Origin: Candidatus Omnitrophota bacterium
GTDB lineage: Bacteria > Ratteibacteria > UBA8468 > MWAK01
Assembly: GCA_043797665.1 (NCBI GenBank)
Contig: JAZDPL010000020.1
Coordinates: 1-38,853, forward strand
Reading direction: 5' to 3'
DNA: 38,853 bases
Part shown: one piece after another, positions 27,298-36,417 of the stretch
Layout: each line of letters begins with the position of its first letter
Numbering within the stretch: position 1 is the stretch's first letter
The notes under the pieces: generated by a model
What the model was told of the DNA's origin: nothing
The model's input: the letters and a program-made list of their open reading frames with translations, nothing else
Database searches by the model: none
Program-made: the position numbers and the translations under genes

Positions 27298-28299
27298 TCA
27301 TTCGATATGCCGAACCGGCGGGTTGCTTTCTTTATGTAACGCAGTACCAAGAATCATCAACTGGCGAAAAAATGGCTCAGGAATTAAACCTTCCTTGGTA
27401 ATCGGTACGTCCCAGGTCACCACGCCACCCCAGGAGTTCACGTAGCGGGTGTAGACAGGGGGAAAATCGTCGGGGAACCTCGGCATCCCCCTGCACCAAC
27501 ATCCGCCAAGGAAGGTGAGGATGTGGTATTGTGCGCCGTTGACCCAGCGGTTGAGGGGGGTTACACAGGGTTCCACACCGTTGACCGGCAGGGTGTTGGA
27601 AATCTCACCGGAGGTGTAGTCCTCGAACTCCGTGAGGGAGCTTACCGGGTTTAGGACCCCGGGGTTAAACGCAACAATAGCCTCCGGATTCCCGGCCTTG
27701 AGTGCGGAGGCAAAACTCTGGAAGTTCGGCGGGTCAAGATGACGGTACATCCCATCCGCAAAGTAACAACCGTCAATCCACCAGCCAGACACCTTCTTTC
27801 CCCAGCGTAAAGACCATTCTCTTATGATTGCCTCCCATTTAACCTGAAACTCAGCCAGACGTTCTCCGGTACGTTTACCAGTACTGTCAAATCCCCACTT
27901 CCACTCCAGAGCCGAGACCGCGACCGCATCATCCGCAGGCGCACCACTGGGAGAATAAACCAGAAGTCTTATTCCTTTTTTCTGTAGTGCATCGGCAAGG
28001 TCACTTATTAAATCCCGCCGGGAGCATTTGCTGGGTTTAATACCTACAAAAGAATCGTAGGTAGCGTTTGGGGAGCAATAATGACCTGAGTCTTGGCCGA
28101 TGGTGAGAAAGAAATACCTGGTACCAATTGATTCCAACTGTTGAACCAGTCCAGCGAGGTTAAATGCGTCCACGCGTCGGTTCCAGTCATCTGCGGAGAG
28201 TCCTTTACCGAGGGAATTACTTAAACCCGGCAGGTCCGCAAGATAATGACAAAATACTCCCCAGCCTGCATCCTTAAACCACTCTGTATCTGCCCGCAT
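27298..28299 (-). CDS. GH29-like (alpha-L-fucosidase family) glycoside hydrolase
   Basis: WFKDAGWGVFCHY, RDLISDLADAL...GIRLLVY, GWWIDG, IVAFN. Catalytic barrel only, no signal peptide. Confidence 0.75.
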   Translation of the reverse strand: MRADTEWFKDAGWGVFCHYLADLPGLSNSLGKGLSADDWNRRVDAFNLAGLVQQLESIGTRYFFLTIGQDSGHYCSPNATYDSFVGIKPSKCSRRDLISDLADALQKKGIRLLVYSPSGAPADDAVAVSALEWKWGFDSTGKRTGERLAEFQVKWEAIIREWSLRWGKKVSGWWIDGCYFADGMYRHLDPPNFQSFASALKAGNPEAIVAFNPGVLNPVSSLTEFEDYTSGEISNTLPVNGVEPCVTPLNRWVNGAQYHILTFLGGCWCRGMPRFPDDFPPVYTRYVNSWGGVVTWDVPITKEGLIPEPFFRQLMILGTALHKESNPPVRHIE

Positions 28300-28378
28300 A
28301 TCCCCCCCCTCCCCTTTATTTGAGTATATCCAGCCACCCAGGTATTTTACCACCAATTACCAATAGTGTCCACGCGAC

Positions 28379-28408
28379 TTGACCTGAGGGAAAAAAGCAA
28401 GGTAAAAT
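28379..28408 (+). promoter_or_regulatory. Probable promoter giving a near-leaderless transcript
   Basis: TTGACC, 18 nt, TAAAAT; ATG at 28418 with no SD. Confidence 0.5.
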
Positions 28409-28417
28409 ATATAAATT

Positions 28418-29395
28418 ATGCCGCGCATACTGATTGAAGAAAAAAAAACCAGCGACCTGGAAAAAATCCTGGAGACCAGGGAAAAGACAAATACGATTAC
28501 CCAGGTTATGGTAATCATCATCTTAGCCATCCTGATTATTGGGCTGATTGCCGGCATCGTTTATTTAGGTCTTAACATCTCCCGGAAGACAAAAGCGGAA
28601 AGAAAAGGTTCTCCGGCAGACGTAGGAGAATTACCGGGTGAAACACCGGAAACATCCGCAAGATATTCCCGTCCGGCCGGCAGCGGAAGCCCGGCGCCGG
28701 GTCCGGTAAATACCGGTGCACCCGGAACAGTACCCCCGGGTAATATGGTCCTGATTCCGGCCGGTGAATATATCCGGGGCTGGAGTGAAAACGGTCAGCC
28801 GATAAAAGGTTCTCTACCCGCTTTTTATGTTGACCAGTATGAAGTAACCAACCGGGAATATTTCTTGTTCGTTCGCGCCACCGGACACAGGGCTCCCACT
28901 GACCCGAGAGGAGCCGAATACAACATCTGGCGTAACAATACCTACCCCCCGGAATTAGCTGACCACCCGGTGGTCAATGTCTCTTATCAGGACGCGGAAA
29001 CGTATGCCGCCTGGAAAGGAGGCCGCCTTCCCACCGAAGACGAATGGGGGAAAGCCGCCCGAGGCACGGAAGGATTTACTTACCCCTGGGGAAACCAATT
29101 TAAGCCAATCTTAGCCAATGTCCTGGCTAACTGTGCGGAAACCTCCAGCGGTAGCGGCGGTACGATGCCGGCAGGAAGTTTTCCTTCCGGAAGAAGCCCT
29201 TACGGTATCTTTGATCCGGCGGGCAACGTCAAAGAATGGACCGCTACCCCTTACGAAAGCGGGAACAGCCGCTGGAAGGTGTCTAAAGGCGGCTCTTTTC
29301 AGGACAGCCTGGAAAACGTCTCTACCTTTGCCAGGTCTAAAGGTGTTCTCCCGGCACCGGACTTAGGCTTCCGCTGCGTCCGGGACGTAAAATGA
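28418..29395 (+). CDS. Membrane-anchored FGE-sulfatase (SUMF1/EgtB/PvdO) domain protein
   Basis: TM, Pro/Gly linker, YEVTN, HPVVNVS, RLPTEDEW, YPWG, GNVKEW, GFRC. Confidence 0.9.
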   Translation: MPRILIEEKKTSDLEKILETREKTNTITQVMVIIILAILIIGLIAGIVYLGLNISRKTKAERKGSPADVGELPGETPETSARYSRPAGSGSPAPGPVNTGAPGTVPPGNMVLIPAGEYIRGWSENGQPIKGSLPAFYVDQYEVTNREYFLFVRATGHRAPTDPRGAEYNIWRNNTYPPELADHPVVNVSYQDAETYAAWKGGRLPTEDEWGKAARGTEGFTYPWGNQFKPILANVLANCAETSSGSGGTMPAGSFPSGRSPYGIFDPAGNVKEWTATPYESGNSRWKVSKGGSFQDSLENVSTFARSKGVLPAPDLGFRCVRDVK

Positions 29396-29404
29396 CACAA
29401 AGTG

Positions 29405-30115
29405 TCATTTTTCCCGGAAACGCACACTTACCTGAAGACTCTCTTTTCGCCAACTGCGCGGCAGCGGTGGAAAATAGCCGCAATCAGATACCGCCGTAAA
29501 TCCGGAACGGTCAAACCGCACGTCACCCGATGGTCTGAGGAGAACAACATTATCTATTCTTCCGTTATCGTAAATTGTGAAAGAGACCATCACCTCACGT
29601 TTCAGAATACCGATACCGTCACGATACGGATTCCACCTTTCCGAAAGACGCTGGGTAAGAAGGGTCAGATACCAGACATCGGAAAAACCCGCTTCCGGCA
29701 TGACCATTGATTTTTCATCTGCCTTTTCGGTGCGGTCTGATTCAATCGGCTTTTTCTGAATAGTGGTTCTTTCGCGGTTAAGACGGGGAACTGCTGTCGG
29801 TAGATTTTTAGGAATATTAACCTCGATTAGTCTTGCCTGAAGCCGTTCCGCAAGACTCTCTCCCGGTTCCATCGCCTCCGGCTCCATAATTTCTTCGGAT
29901 GGTGGTTCGAAAGAACGGGGGGATACTGCTTCGAAAACCGGTGCCGGTACTGATGGAGGTAACGAAACCAAAAAGACCGGTTCCAGCCAGTCGGTAGGTC
30001 TAACCCGGGCAGGCAAGAATGTAACTAGACACACCAGAACGGCCGCGACCAGATGAAGTAGTATCGAGGTTCCATACGCCCTGACCATAAGGGTTATTAA
30101 AAATGTCGGGCTCAA
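29405..30115 (-). CDS. TonB/TolA-like energy transducer
   Basis: N-terminal TM with S..LH, Pro/Glu linker, TonB_2-type C-terminus (SGD..FD...FPPLP). Confidence 0.85.
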   Translation of the reverse strand: MSPTFLITLMVRAYGTSILLHLVAAVLVCLVTFLPARVRPTDWLEPVFLVSLPPSVPAPVFEAVSPRSFEPPSEEIMEPEAMEPGESLAERLQARLIEVNIPKNLPTAVPRLNRERTTIQKKPIESDRTEKADEKSMVMPEAGFSDVWYLTLLTQRLSERWNPYRDGIGILKREVMVSFTIYDNGRIDNVVLLRPSGDVRFDRSGFTAVSDCGYFPPLPRSWRKESLQVSVRFREK

Positions 30116-30183
30116 TAAACATGTCCCTGTATGAATTAAACAGGGATTGAGCCCTTGCCAATCCTATGGCAAGGGGACCCGCC

Positions 30184-30600
30184 CTATTTTTTCTGTTTTT
30201 GAGGGGGTGGTGTGGTAGCCAGACCAACCGCAGAGATTCCGGATTGGCGCACAATATCCAGTACGTAAACTACCCTTTCGTAGCAAACACTACGGTCCGC
30301 CTGGATGATAACCCGCAGGTCCGGATTGGATATCTTCAGGTTTTGCAGGTCAGTTCCGAGAAAGACCGGATTGACCGGCTTATTCCCCAGGAAGATGGCA
30401 CCTTTATTGTCAACCGTCAAAACAACGGTTGTGGTAACGGGCATCTTTTCACCTTTGGCGGTCGGTAACTTCACCGCAATTCCCCGGCCGATGATGGGCG
30501 AGATAATAACAAAAATAAGCAAAAGAGTCATTGCGGTATCCAGCATCGGAGTGATATTAATCTGGTCCACCAGAGGCGGGGTAAATCTAATTCGTCTCAT
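30184..30600 (-). CDS. ExbD/TolR family protein
   Basis: INITPMLD...LLLIF, VKLP, IQAD...Y..V..VLD. Confidence 0.92.
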   Translation of the reverse strand: MRRIRFTPPLVDQINITPMLDTAMTLLLIFVIISPIIGRGIAVKLPTAKGEKMPVTTTVVLTVDNKGAIFLGNKPVNPVFLGTDLQNLKISNPDLRVIIQADRSVCYERVVYVLDIVRQSGISAVGLATTPPPQKQKK

Positions 30601-31210
30601 CTGATTCCAAATAGATGGTCCGGCTGGCGTAGTTTTCCACCTCGTTGGCCAAGTGACTTAAAATCATCGTAAAATAATTGTAGAAAAAGAGCGCCGGAAT
30701 AGCCACCACCAGACCACCAATCGTGGTAATCAAAGCCTGGGCAACCCCTGGAGCGACCATCTCCGAAATGCCGGCAACCTGTCCGTGCAGTTTGGAAAAG
30801 ATAAGCATTATACCCCAGACCGTACCCAGAAGCCCTAAGAAGGGAGCCACGCTGGTAATGGTAGCCAGAATAGGCAGTCCGCTGTTCAACCCCTGGAAAT
30901 AGTCATTCAGGCCGACCTTAACCGCCTCTTCCAACCTTTCCCGGTCCTTCTCCTCTCTGGCCCGGAATTTTCTTTCGGTTCGATAAACTAAGTAGAAACC
31001 GGAAAGAGATAAAAGAGAGGTATCGCTGCCAGAAACTCCCTTCCCGGAAAGATTGCGGAAAAAAGCATCCGCCCGGCGTACCCGGCGGAAGAGAGCTAAT
31101 TTCTGAAAGATGAGCGCCCAGGAAACCAGGGAAAGTATAACCAGGACGATATAGATACCGCCGCAGAACCAGCCGGTCATCTGAAACGAGAGCAGCCACT
31201 TAATATCCAT
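30587..31210 (-). CDS. MotA/TolQ/ExbB proton channel protein
   Basis: APFLGLLGTVWGIM and ALITTIGGLVVAIPA. Confidence 0.94.
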   Translation of the reverse strand: MDIKWLLSFQMTGWFCGGIYIVLVILSLVSWALIFQKLALFRRVRRADAFFRNLSGKGVSGSDTSLLSLSGFYLVYRTERKFRAREEKDRERLEEAVKVGLNDYFQGLNSGLPILATITSVAPFLGLLGTVWGIMLIFSKLHGQVAGISEMVAPGVAQALITTIGGLVVAIPALFFYNYFTMILSHLANEVENYASRTIYLESDETN

Positions 31211-31244
31211 AAATTTTTTGACCTCTTTTCACAAATCTCCTGCT

Positions 31245-31334
31245 GTCATTCCTGTGTGTATTTAACAGGAATCCAGCCTGTCCCTGTATGTAGTAAACAG
31301 GAACGGATTCCCGCTTGCTGCATGCGGGAATGAC
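31245..31334. repeat. REP-like GTCATTCC...GGAATCC / GGATTCCCGC...GCGGGAATGAC full unit
   Basis: Both arms are present, with inserted cctgt...acagg hairpins. Confidence 0.85.
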
Positions 31335-31346
31335 ATTAAATGTTGT

Positions 31347-32822
31347 CTATTCCTCTTTTTGGATGTTCCCTTTTTTTCCCAAATACCGTAAAAAGGCTTC
31401 GACAACCCTGGGGTCAAACTGTCGGCCGCTTTCCCGGTTTATTTCTGCAAGCGCTTCCTCCGGGGAGAGCGCCTTGCGATAAGGTCTATCAGAAGTCATC
31501 GCCTCAAAAGCATCGGCTAACGAAAGGATACGGGCGGTTAACGGTATCTTTCCATTTCTCAGGTTATCCGGATAGCCGTTGCCGTCAAATTTTTCGTGGT
31601 GGTGGTAGACTGCGGGCAGGATATCTTTAAAGAACTTGACCTTTCCCAGAATCTGGGCTGCTAATTTCGGATGTTTCTTCATCACCACCCACTCCTCTGT
31701 AGTTAGAGCCGTCGGCTTATGTAAAATCCTTTCAGATATGGCGACCTTACCTAAGTCATGGAGTACTGCGGAATAACGAAGAACCCGCAACTCTTCCGGA
31801 GAAAGACCTAACTCCTCACCAATACCTAACGCATATTTAGTGACCCGCTCTGAATGGCCACCCGTATAAGCGTCACGCAAATCAACCACACCGGCCAACG
31901 TCTGTACCAGGTCAAAAGTCAGACTGCTCATCTCTTCCAATAATTGGTTATTACGGACCGCCACCGCCACCTGTCCGGCAAAAATTTCCGCTTCTTCCGC
32001 CACCCCCTTGTCTAACACGTCCGGTGAGTGGAAAAAAAGTGAGAGAGAACCAAAATGGTGGCTGCCAACTTTCAAAGGGACCGCACAACCACAGGATAGA
32101 TGCAAACTTTCCTTGAGACGTTCAAAGGTCGGCCAGTTACAAAAGGCATTGTCATCTAAACGGCGGCAGGTAATCAGGCGGGACTGGGTCCAGAACCGGT
32201 TATCTTCTTCACAGAGGGTAAACCCTTCCATCTCCTGACGAATCTCTTCCGGAACGCCATAAGAAGCAGCAACCTGAAAACCCTTCCCGTTGGTAATGCA
32301 GATAATGCCGACATCTGCAGACAAAGATTCCGAGACCAGTTTTATTATTTCCGGAAAGAGTGAATATACGTCAACGTCCTGGACAATCGCTCTATCTATT
32401 GTCCGTAAAGAAGCCATCTCCTGAAGTTTGGCTTGGAGTGATGCGTATGACGTTTCCCTTTCCTTCGTCTCCCGGCGCAGACGCTGAGCCATTATACCGG
32501 CTTCCACACCCACCAGACCCATAATGGCAAACCGGACAAGGAAATCATCCAGGAGGGAAGGGGTAAAAGAGATACCGGTGGGAGAAAGCAGGAAAGTGGC
32601 CACAAAAGATGCCGCGGTAGTAGTTAAAAGCGCCCAGGCCCAGCCGTAAACAAAAGCCACCGCCAGGATGGGCATAAAAAAAAGGTAGGCGTAGACACTG
32701 GGTGCACCGCCGTTGAGTTTAATAACGATGCTGACAAAGATAAAGAAGAGAACGATACATATAACCTGGCCGGTTCTGGTTTTCCGAAGGTAAGAAACAA
32801 CAACCTCTTCCGGTTTTTCCAT
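31347..32822 (-). CDS. Membrane-bound GAF + HD-GYP phosphodiesterase
   Basis: About 4 N-terminal TMs, GAF domain, HSERV, HDLGK, HHEKFDGNGYP, DAFEAMTSDRPYR. Confidence 0.94.
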   Translation of the reverse strand: MEKPEEVVVSYLRKTRTGQVICIVLFFIFVSIVIKLNGGAPSVYAYLFFMPILAVAFVYGWAWALLTTTAASFVATFLLSPTGISFTPSLLDDFLVRFAIMGLVGVEAGIMAQRLRRETKERETSYASLQAKLQEMASLRTIDRAIVQDVDVYSLFPEIIKLVSESLSADVGIICITNGKGFQVAASYGVPEEIRQEMEGFTLCEEDNRFWTQSRLITCRRLDDNAFCNWPTFERLKESLHLSCGCAVPLKVGSHHFGSLSLFFHSPDVLDKGVAEEAEIFAGQVAVAVRNNQLLEEMSSLTFDLVQTLAGVVDLRDAYTGGHSERVTKYALGIGEELGLSPEELRVLRYSAVLHDLGKVAISERILHKPTALTTEEWVVMKKHPKLAAQILGKVKFFKDILPAVYHHHEKFDGNGYPDNLRNGKIPLTARILSLADAFEAMTSDRPYRKALSPEEALAEINRESGRQFDPRVVEAFLRYLGKKGNIQKEE

Positions 32823-32848
32823 CTTTCTCCTTGTCCTTGCCCAAAGTA

Positions 32849-32877
32849 ATTATATAATAAATGATAAGTCCGGTCAA
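32849..32877 (-). promoter_or_regulatory. Sigma70 promoter for the HD-GYP gene
   Basis: TTGACC, 17 nt, TATAAT. Confidence 0.7.
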
Positions 32878-32891
32878 ATTCGACGCAATGT

Positions 32892-32959
32892 GTCGTTGCG
32901 AGGAACGTAGTTTGTAACGTGGCAATCTCGAGATTGCTTCGGCTTTGCCTCGCAATGAC
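32892..32959. repeat. GTCATTGCGAG-type palindromic repeat
   Basis: gtcgttgcgagg...gcaatctc-gagattgc...cctcgcaatgac, lying between the two divergent promoters. Confidence 0.8.
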
Positions 32960-32962
32960 AGT

Positions 32963-32991
32963 TTGACAGAAAAACCAAAATAGAATATAGT
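32963..32991 (+). promoter_or_regulatory. Sigma70 promoter for comEA-trk
   Basis: TTGACA, 17 nt, TATAGT. Confidence 0.65.
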
Positions 32992-33022
32992 AGAGGGATA
33001 ATTTTCAAGTCAATGAACCCGC

Positions 33023-33475
33023 ATGGTCGCACTGACCCGGACAGAACGTACCGGACTTCTCTTTATCGCGGTAAGCCTCCTTGTCGGAGAAGGAGTGGTC
33101 ATTTACCACCGGACCGGCGAAGTCAATTACCGCTACTACACTTCAGACAGCCGTTATCTGGCAACGGTTTCCCAGGAAAAGTTTTTCATTGAACGTCAAC
33201 GGTTAAAAGAACAGAAAGTTCAGGCAAGATTAGACCCGAATACCGCATCCCAGGAAGAACTGGAAACTCTGCCTGGAATCGGTCCGGCACTGGCGCAGAG
33301 GATTAGAGCGCAGCGAAACAAAACCCCTTTCCGCCGAATCGATGACCTTCTTGAGGTCCCGGGGATTGGACCCAAAAAATTAGAAGCAATGAAGCGTTAC
33401 CTGAAAGTGACCGCCTCTGTCATCCTGAGCGGTAGCGAAGGATCTAAAATAGATTCTTCGTTGCACTCAGAATGA
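33023..33475 (+). CDS. comEA: ComEA-family helix-hairpin-helix DNA-binding protein
   Basis: N-terminal TM, NTASQEELETLPGIGPALAQRI, DLLEVPGIGPK. Confidence 0.88.
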   Translation: MVALTRTERTGLLFIAVSLLVGEGVVIYHRTGEVNYRYYTSDSRYLATVSQEKFFIERQRLKEQKVQARLDPNTASQEELETLPGIGPALAQRIRAQRNKTPFRRIDDLLEVPGIGPKKLEAMKRYLKVTASVILSGSEGSKIDSSLHSE

Positions 33476-33476
33476 C
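33419..33476. repeat. GTCATCCTGAG-type repeat forming the 3' end of comEA
   Basis: gtcatcctgagcggtagcgaaggatct...agattcttcg...ctcagaatgac. Confidence 0.85.
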
Positions 33477-33500
33477 AATAGACTTTTGGAGTAAACCCCT

Positions 33501-33902
33501 ATGTATATAATCGTTGTCGGTTGCAGCCGGGTGGGAATTACCTTAGCCCAGTCCCTGGAAAGTGAAGGACACAACGTTGTGGTTATCGACCGTGACCGCG
33601 ACAGTCTCCAGCGATTGGGTCGTTCCTTCAGCGGGATAACGGTGGTGGGAAATGGTTTCTCTCCGGAAATTCTCAAAGAAGCGGGCGTGGAACGGGCAGA
33701 CGCCCTGATTGCGGTTACGGATAACGACAACGCAAATATTGTAACCGCCCAGGTAGCCAAAAAAATGTTTGATCTGGAAAAAGTATTCGCCCGGATTTAC
33801 GACCCGGCCCGGGCACAAACCTACCAGAAATTAGGCGTGAATGCAATAAGTGAAACCGCCCTGGTAGTGGATAGCCTCAGGCAGCTATTATTTGAAAAAT
33901 GA
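33501..33902 (+). CDS. trkA: TrkA-family K+ uptake protein (RCK N-domain only)
   Basis: IIVVGCSRVG, VVVID, AGVERADALIAVT, ARIYDP. Confidence 0.9.
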   Translation: MYIIVVGCSRVGITLAQSLESEGHNVVVIDRDRDSLQRLGRSFSGITVVGNGFSPEILKEAGVERADALIAVTDNDNANIVTAQVAKKMFDLEKVFARIYDPARAQTYQKLGVNAISETALVVDSLRQLLFEK

Positions 33903-33910
33903 CGTAGTGT

Positions 33911-33936
33911 GTCATCCTGAGCATAGCGAAGGATCT
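33911..33936. repeat. GTCATCCTGAG-type repeat, half unit
   Basis: gtcatcctgagcatagcgaaggatct. Confidence 0.75.
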
Positions 33937-33940
33937 GGAC

Positions 33941-34603
33941 ATGTATGTAATTATCGTTGGTGGCGGAAACGTAGGTTACTATCTGGCTCAACGCCTCTTT
34001 CGGGATAAACATACGATTGCTCTGATTGAAAAAGACCGCCGGACCTGCGACCGGATAAGTCAGGAATTAGACATCCTGGTTATCAACGGAGATGGTTGTG
34101 AAATACAGGCCCTTCAGTCCGCCGGAATTGAGCGGGCGGACGTCCTGGCTGCGGTAAGCGGAAGTGACGAAGATAACCTGGTAGTCTGCCAGTTAGCCAA
34201 AGAGATATTTCATATCGACCGGACCGTTGCCCGGGTTAACGACAGCCGGAATGAACACATATTTAATGAATTAGGCGTTGACGTGCCGATTGACAGTACC
34301 GGAATACTGGCCCGAGTAATCAAAGAAGAAGTTTCCCTCTCTGACTTTGTTAATCTGGTCACCTTTCGCAAAGGGAAGCTGGCTCTGGTCCGGTTTGACC
34401 TGCCGGAAGAATCACCGGCTATCGGCAAGACCGTCTCTGAAGTCAACCTGCCTGCCGAATCGGTACTGGTGGCGGTTATCCGGGGTGACAGCGTGTTTAT
34501 CCCGCGGGGTAACACCATATTCAAACCTCAGGACGAGATTGTGGCTTTAACCCGTATCGGTGAAGAAAACAGCGTCATCCAGACCTTTTTAAAAGAAATG
34601 TAA
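33941..34603 (+). CDS. trkA: TrkA-family K+ uptake protein (RCK-N + RCK-C)
   Basis: IIVGGGNVG, GDG, DEDNLVVCQ, C-domain IPRGNT. Confidence 0.93.
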   Translation: MYVIIVGGGNVGYYLAQRLFRDKHTIALIEKDRRTCDRISQELDILVINGDGCEIQALQSAGIERADVLAAVSGSDEDNLVVCQLAKEIFHIDRTVARVNDSRNEHIFNELGVDVPIDSTGILARVIKEEVSLSDFVNLVTFRKGKLALVRFDLPEESPAIGKTVSEVNLPAESVLVAVIRGDSVFIPRGNTIFKPQDEIVALTRIGEENSVIQTFLKEM

Positions 34604-34609
34604 CTTTAA

Positions 34610-34753
34610 ATGCAGAAACGCATCCGCAGGACTTTAGTCGCATTTGGTAACGGTTTTTTGGGCATCGGATACACCCTTCTCTTACCTTTATTAATCCTTG
34701 CTGTAGTCCTGGTGACTTTAGGACTCACCGTCATATTTACCGAATTTTTTTAA
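34610..34753 (+). CDS. 47-aa small membrane protein (below the ORF-track cutoff)
   Basis: MQKRIRRTLVAFGNGFLGIGYTLLLPLLILAVVLVTLGLTVIFTEFF; it fills the gap after trkA exactly. Confidence 0.55.
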   Translation: MQKRIRRTLVAFGNGFLGIGYTLLLPLLILAVVLVTLGLTVIFTEFF

Positions 34754-34803
34754 GTAGGGGTTCGATTTATCGAACCCGCGGGTCGGATGAATCCGACCCC
34801 TAC
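34754..34803. repeat. GTAG-type REP doublet
   Basis: gtaggggttcgatttatcgaaccc-gc-gggtcggatgaatccgacccctac. Confidence 0.9.
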
Positions 34804-34826
34804 AGCAAATATGATTCTCCTCTCTT

Positions 34827-36326
34827 ATGTTAATTAAACCTCAAAAAGAAGACTTCAAAATAATCAGTTATTACTTAGGGGAAATCTCCGGCGGCTTAGC
34901 CATCACGATGTTTTTGCCTCTGATAGCCGCTTTTTGCTACCAGGAATGGGTCCCTGCCCTTGACTTTATTTCCGGAGCAGGTGTCGCCCTGATTGTAGGC
35001 TGTCTCTTAACCATCAACCGGCCGAAGCGAACCGACCTCTCCTGGTCAAACGGTATCGTGATTGCCGGCCTCTCCTGGCTTCTGGCGATGGTACTGGCTG
35101 CGGTACCCTTATATCTATCCGGTCACTTCGGTTCTTTTCTGGACAGCCTCTTTGAAACGATGAGCGGTTTTGCCACCACCGGTCTTTCCCTGACCAGAGA
35201 TGTGGACCATATGGCGCAGAGTTATAACCTCTGGCGCCATTTCACCCAGTTTCTGGGGGGACAGGGAATCGTGGTTATTGCCCTGACTTTTTTCGTGGCC
35301 AAAACCAGCGGTGTTTTTTCCCTCTACGTCGGCGAAGCCCGTGACGAGAAAATTTTGCCAAACGTAGTTTCCACCGCCCGGTTTATCTGGTTAGTGACCT
35401 TTACCTATCTCTTCCTGGGGGTTGCGTCTTTAACGATTATCGGCTTGCAGTTAGGACTCTCCACCATGCGTTCTTTTTTTCACGGGCTTTGTATCTTTAT
35501 GGCGGGCTGGGCTACCGGCGGTTTCTCACCCCAGGGTCAATCAATCCTTTACTATCATAGCATCTATTATGAAATAGCCACCTTCTTCATCTTTTTTTCC
35601 GGTTCAATTAACTTCGGTCTGCACTACCTCATCTGGAGCGGCCGGCGCCGGGAACTGTGGCGTGATATAGAAATCAGAACTTATCTTTTCACTGCGGCTA
35701 TTACGGTCTTTTTGACCCTGGTGGGTTTAACCCAATTAGACTTATTTCCCAACATGTCTTCGGTCTTCCGAATCGGTTTTTATCAGGTCCTTTCCGGTCA
35801 TACCGGCACCGGATTTATGACCGTCACCGCCAACCAATTCAGCCAGTGGAATGACCTGGCGCTCTTAGGAGTAATTATGGCAATGGGATTTGGGGGATGT
35901 GCCTGTTCTACTGCAGGTGCCATTAAAACCCTGCGTATCGGGGTAGTAGCCAAAGGTCTATGGCGTCAGGTAAAAACCGTCTTTACACCGGAACAGGGCA
36001 TGGTAATAGAGAAAGTTCACCACTTCCGCGACACGGTACTGGAGGACAAACAGGTACAGGCAGCCGGTTTGGTGGTTATTGCCTACCTCTCTATTTACCT
36101 TTTGGGCGCGGTTATGGGCATCCTCTGCGGATATCCATTTCTGCCCGCGCTCTTTGAATCGGTCTCTGCGGCTGCCAACGTTGGTCATACCATCGGCATT
36201 ACCTCACCGGCAATGCCGGCTCTTCTTAAAATCACCTATATTCTGGAAATGTGGGTCGGCCGGTTTGAATTTTTAGCAACCTTTGTTATCTTTGGTTTCA
36301 TCGCCTCCCTGTTCAAAGGGAAATAG
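34827..36326 (+). CDS. trkH: TrkH-family K+ uptake membrane protein
   Basis: Four pore loops (SGFATTG, GWATGG, GHTGTG, AAANVG) and MWVGRFE. Confidence 0.93.
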   Translation: MLIKPQKEDFKIISYYLGEISGGLAITMFLPLIAAFCYQEWVPALDFISGAGVALIVGCLLTINRPKRTDLSWSNGIVIAGLSWLLAMVLAAVPLYLSGHFGSFLDSLFETMSGFATTGLSLTRDVDHMAQSYNLWRHFTQFLGGQGIVVIALTFFVAKTSGVFSLYVGEARDEKILPNVVSTARFIWLVTFTYLFLGVASLTIIGLQLGLSTMRSFFHGLCIFMAGWATGGFSPQGQSILYYHSIYYEIATFFIFFSGSINFGLHYLIWSGRRRELWRDIEIRTYLFTAAITVFLTLVGLTQLDLFPNMSSVFRIGFYQVLSGHTGTGFMTVTANQFSQWNDLALLGVIMAMGFGGCACSTAGAIKTLRIGVVAKGLWRQVKTVFTPEQGMVIEKVHHFRDTVLEDKQVQAAGLVVIAYLSIYLLGAVMGILCGYPFLPALFESVSAAANVGHTIGITSPAMPALLKITYILEMWVGRFEFLATFVIFGFIASLFKGK

Positions 36327-36355
36327 TAAAATTAGCGCACCTTCGGTGCGAACTT

Positions 36356-36405
36356 GTAGGGGTCGGATTTATCCGACCCGCGGGCGTCATAAATGTCGCC
36401 CCTAC
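36356..36405. repeat. GTAG-type REP doublet
   Basis: gtaggggtcggatttatccgaccc-gc-gggcgtcataaatgtcgcccctac. Confidence 0.9.
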
Positions 36406-36417
36406 AATACATAAAAT

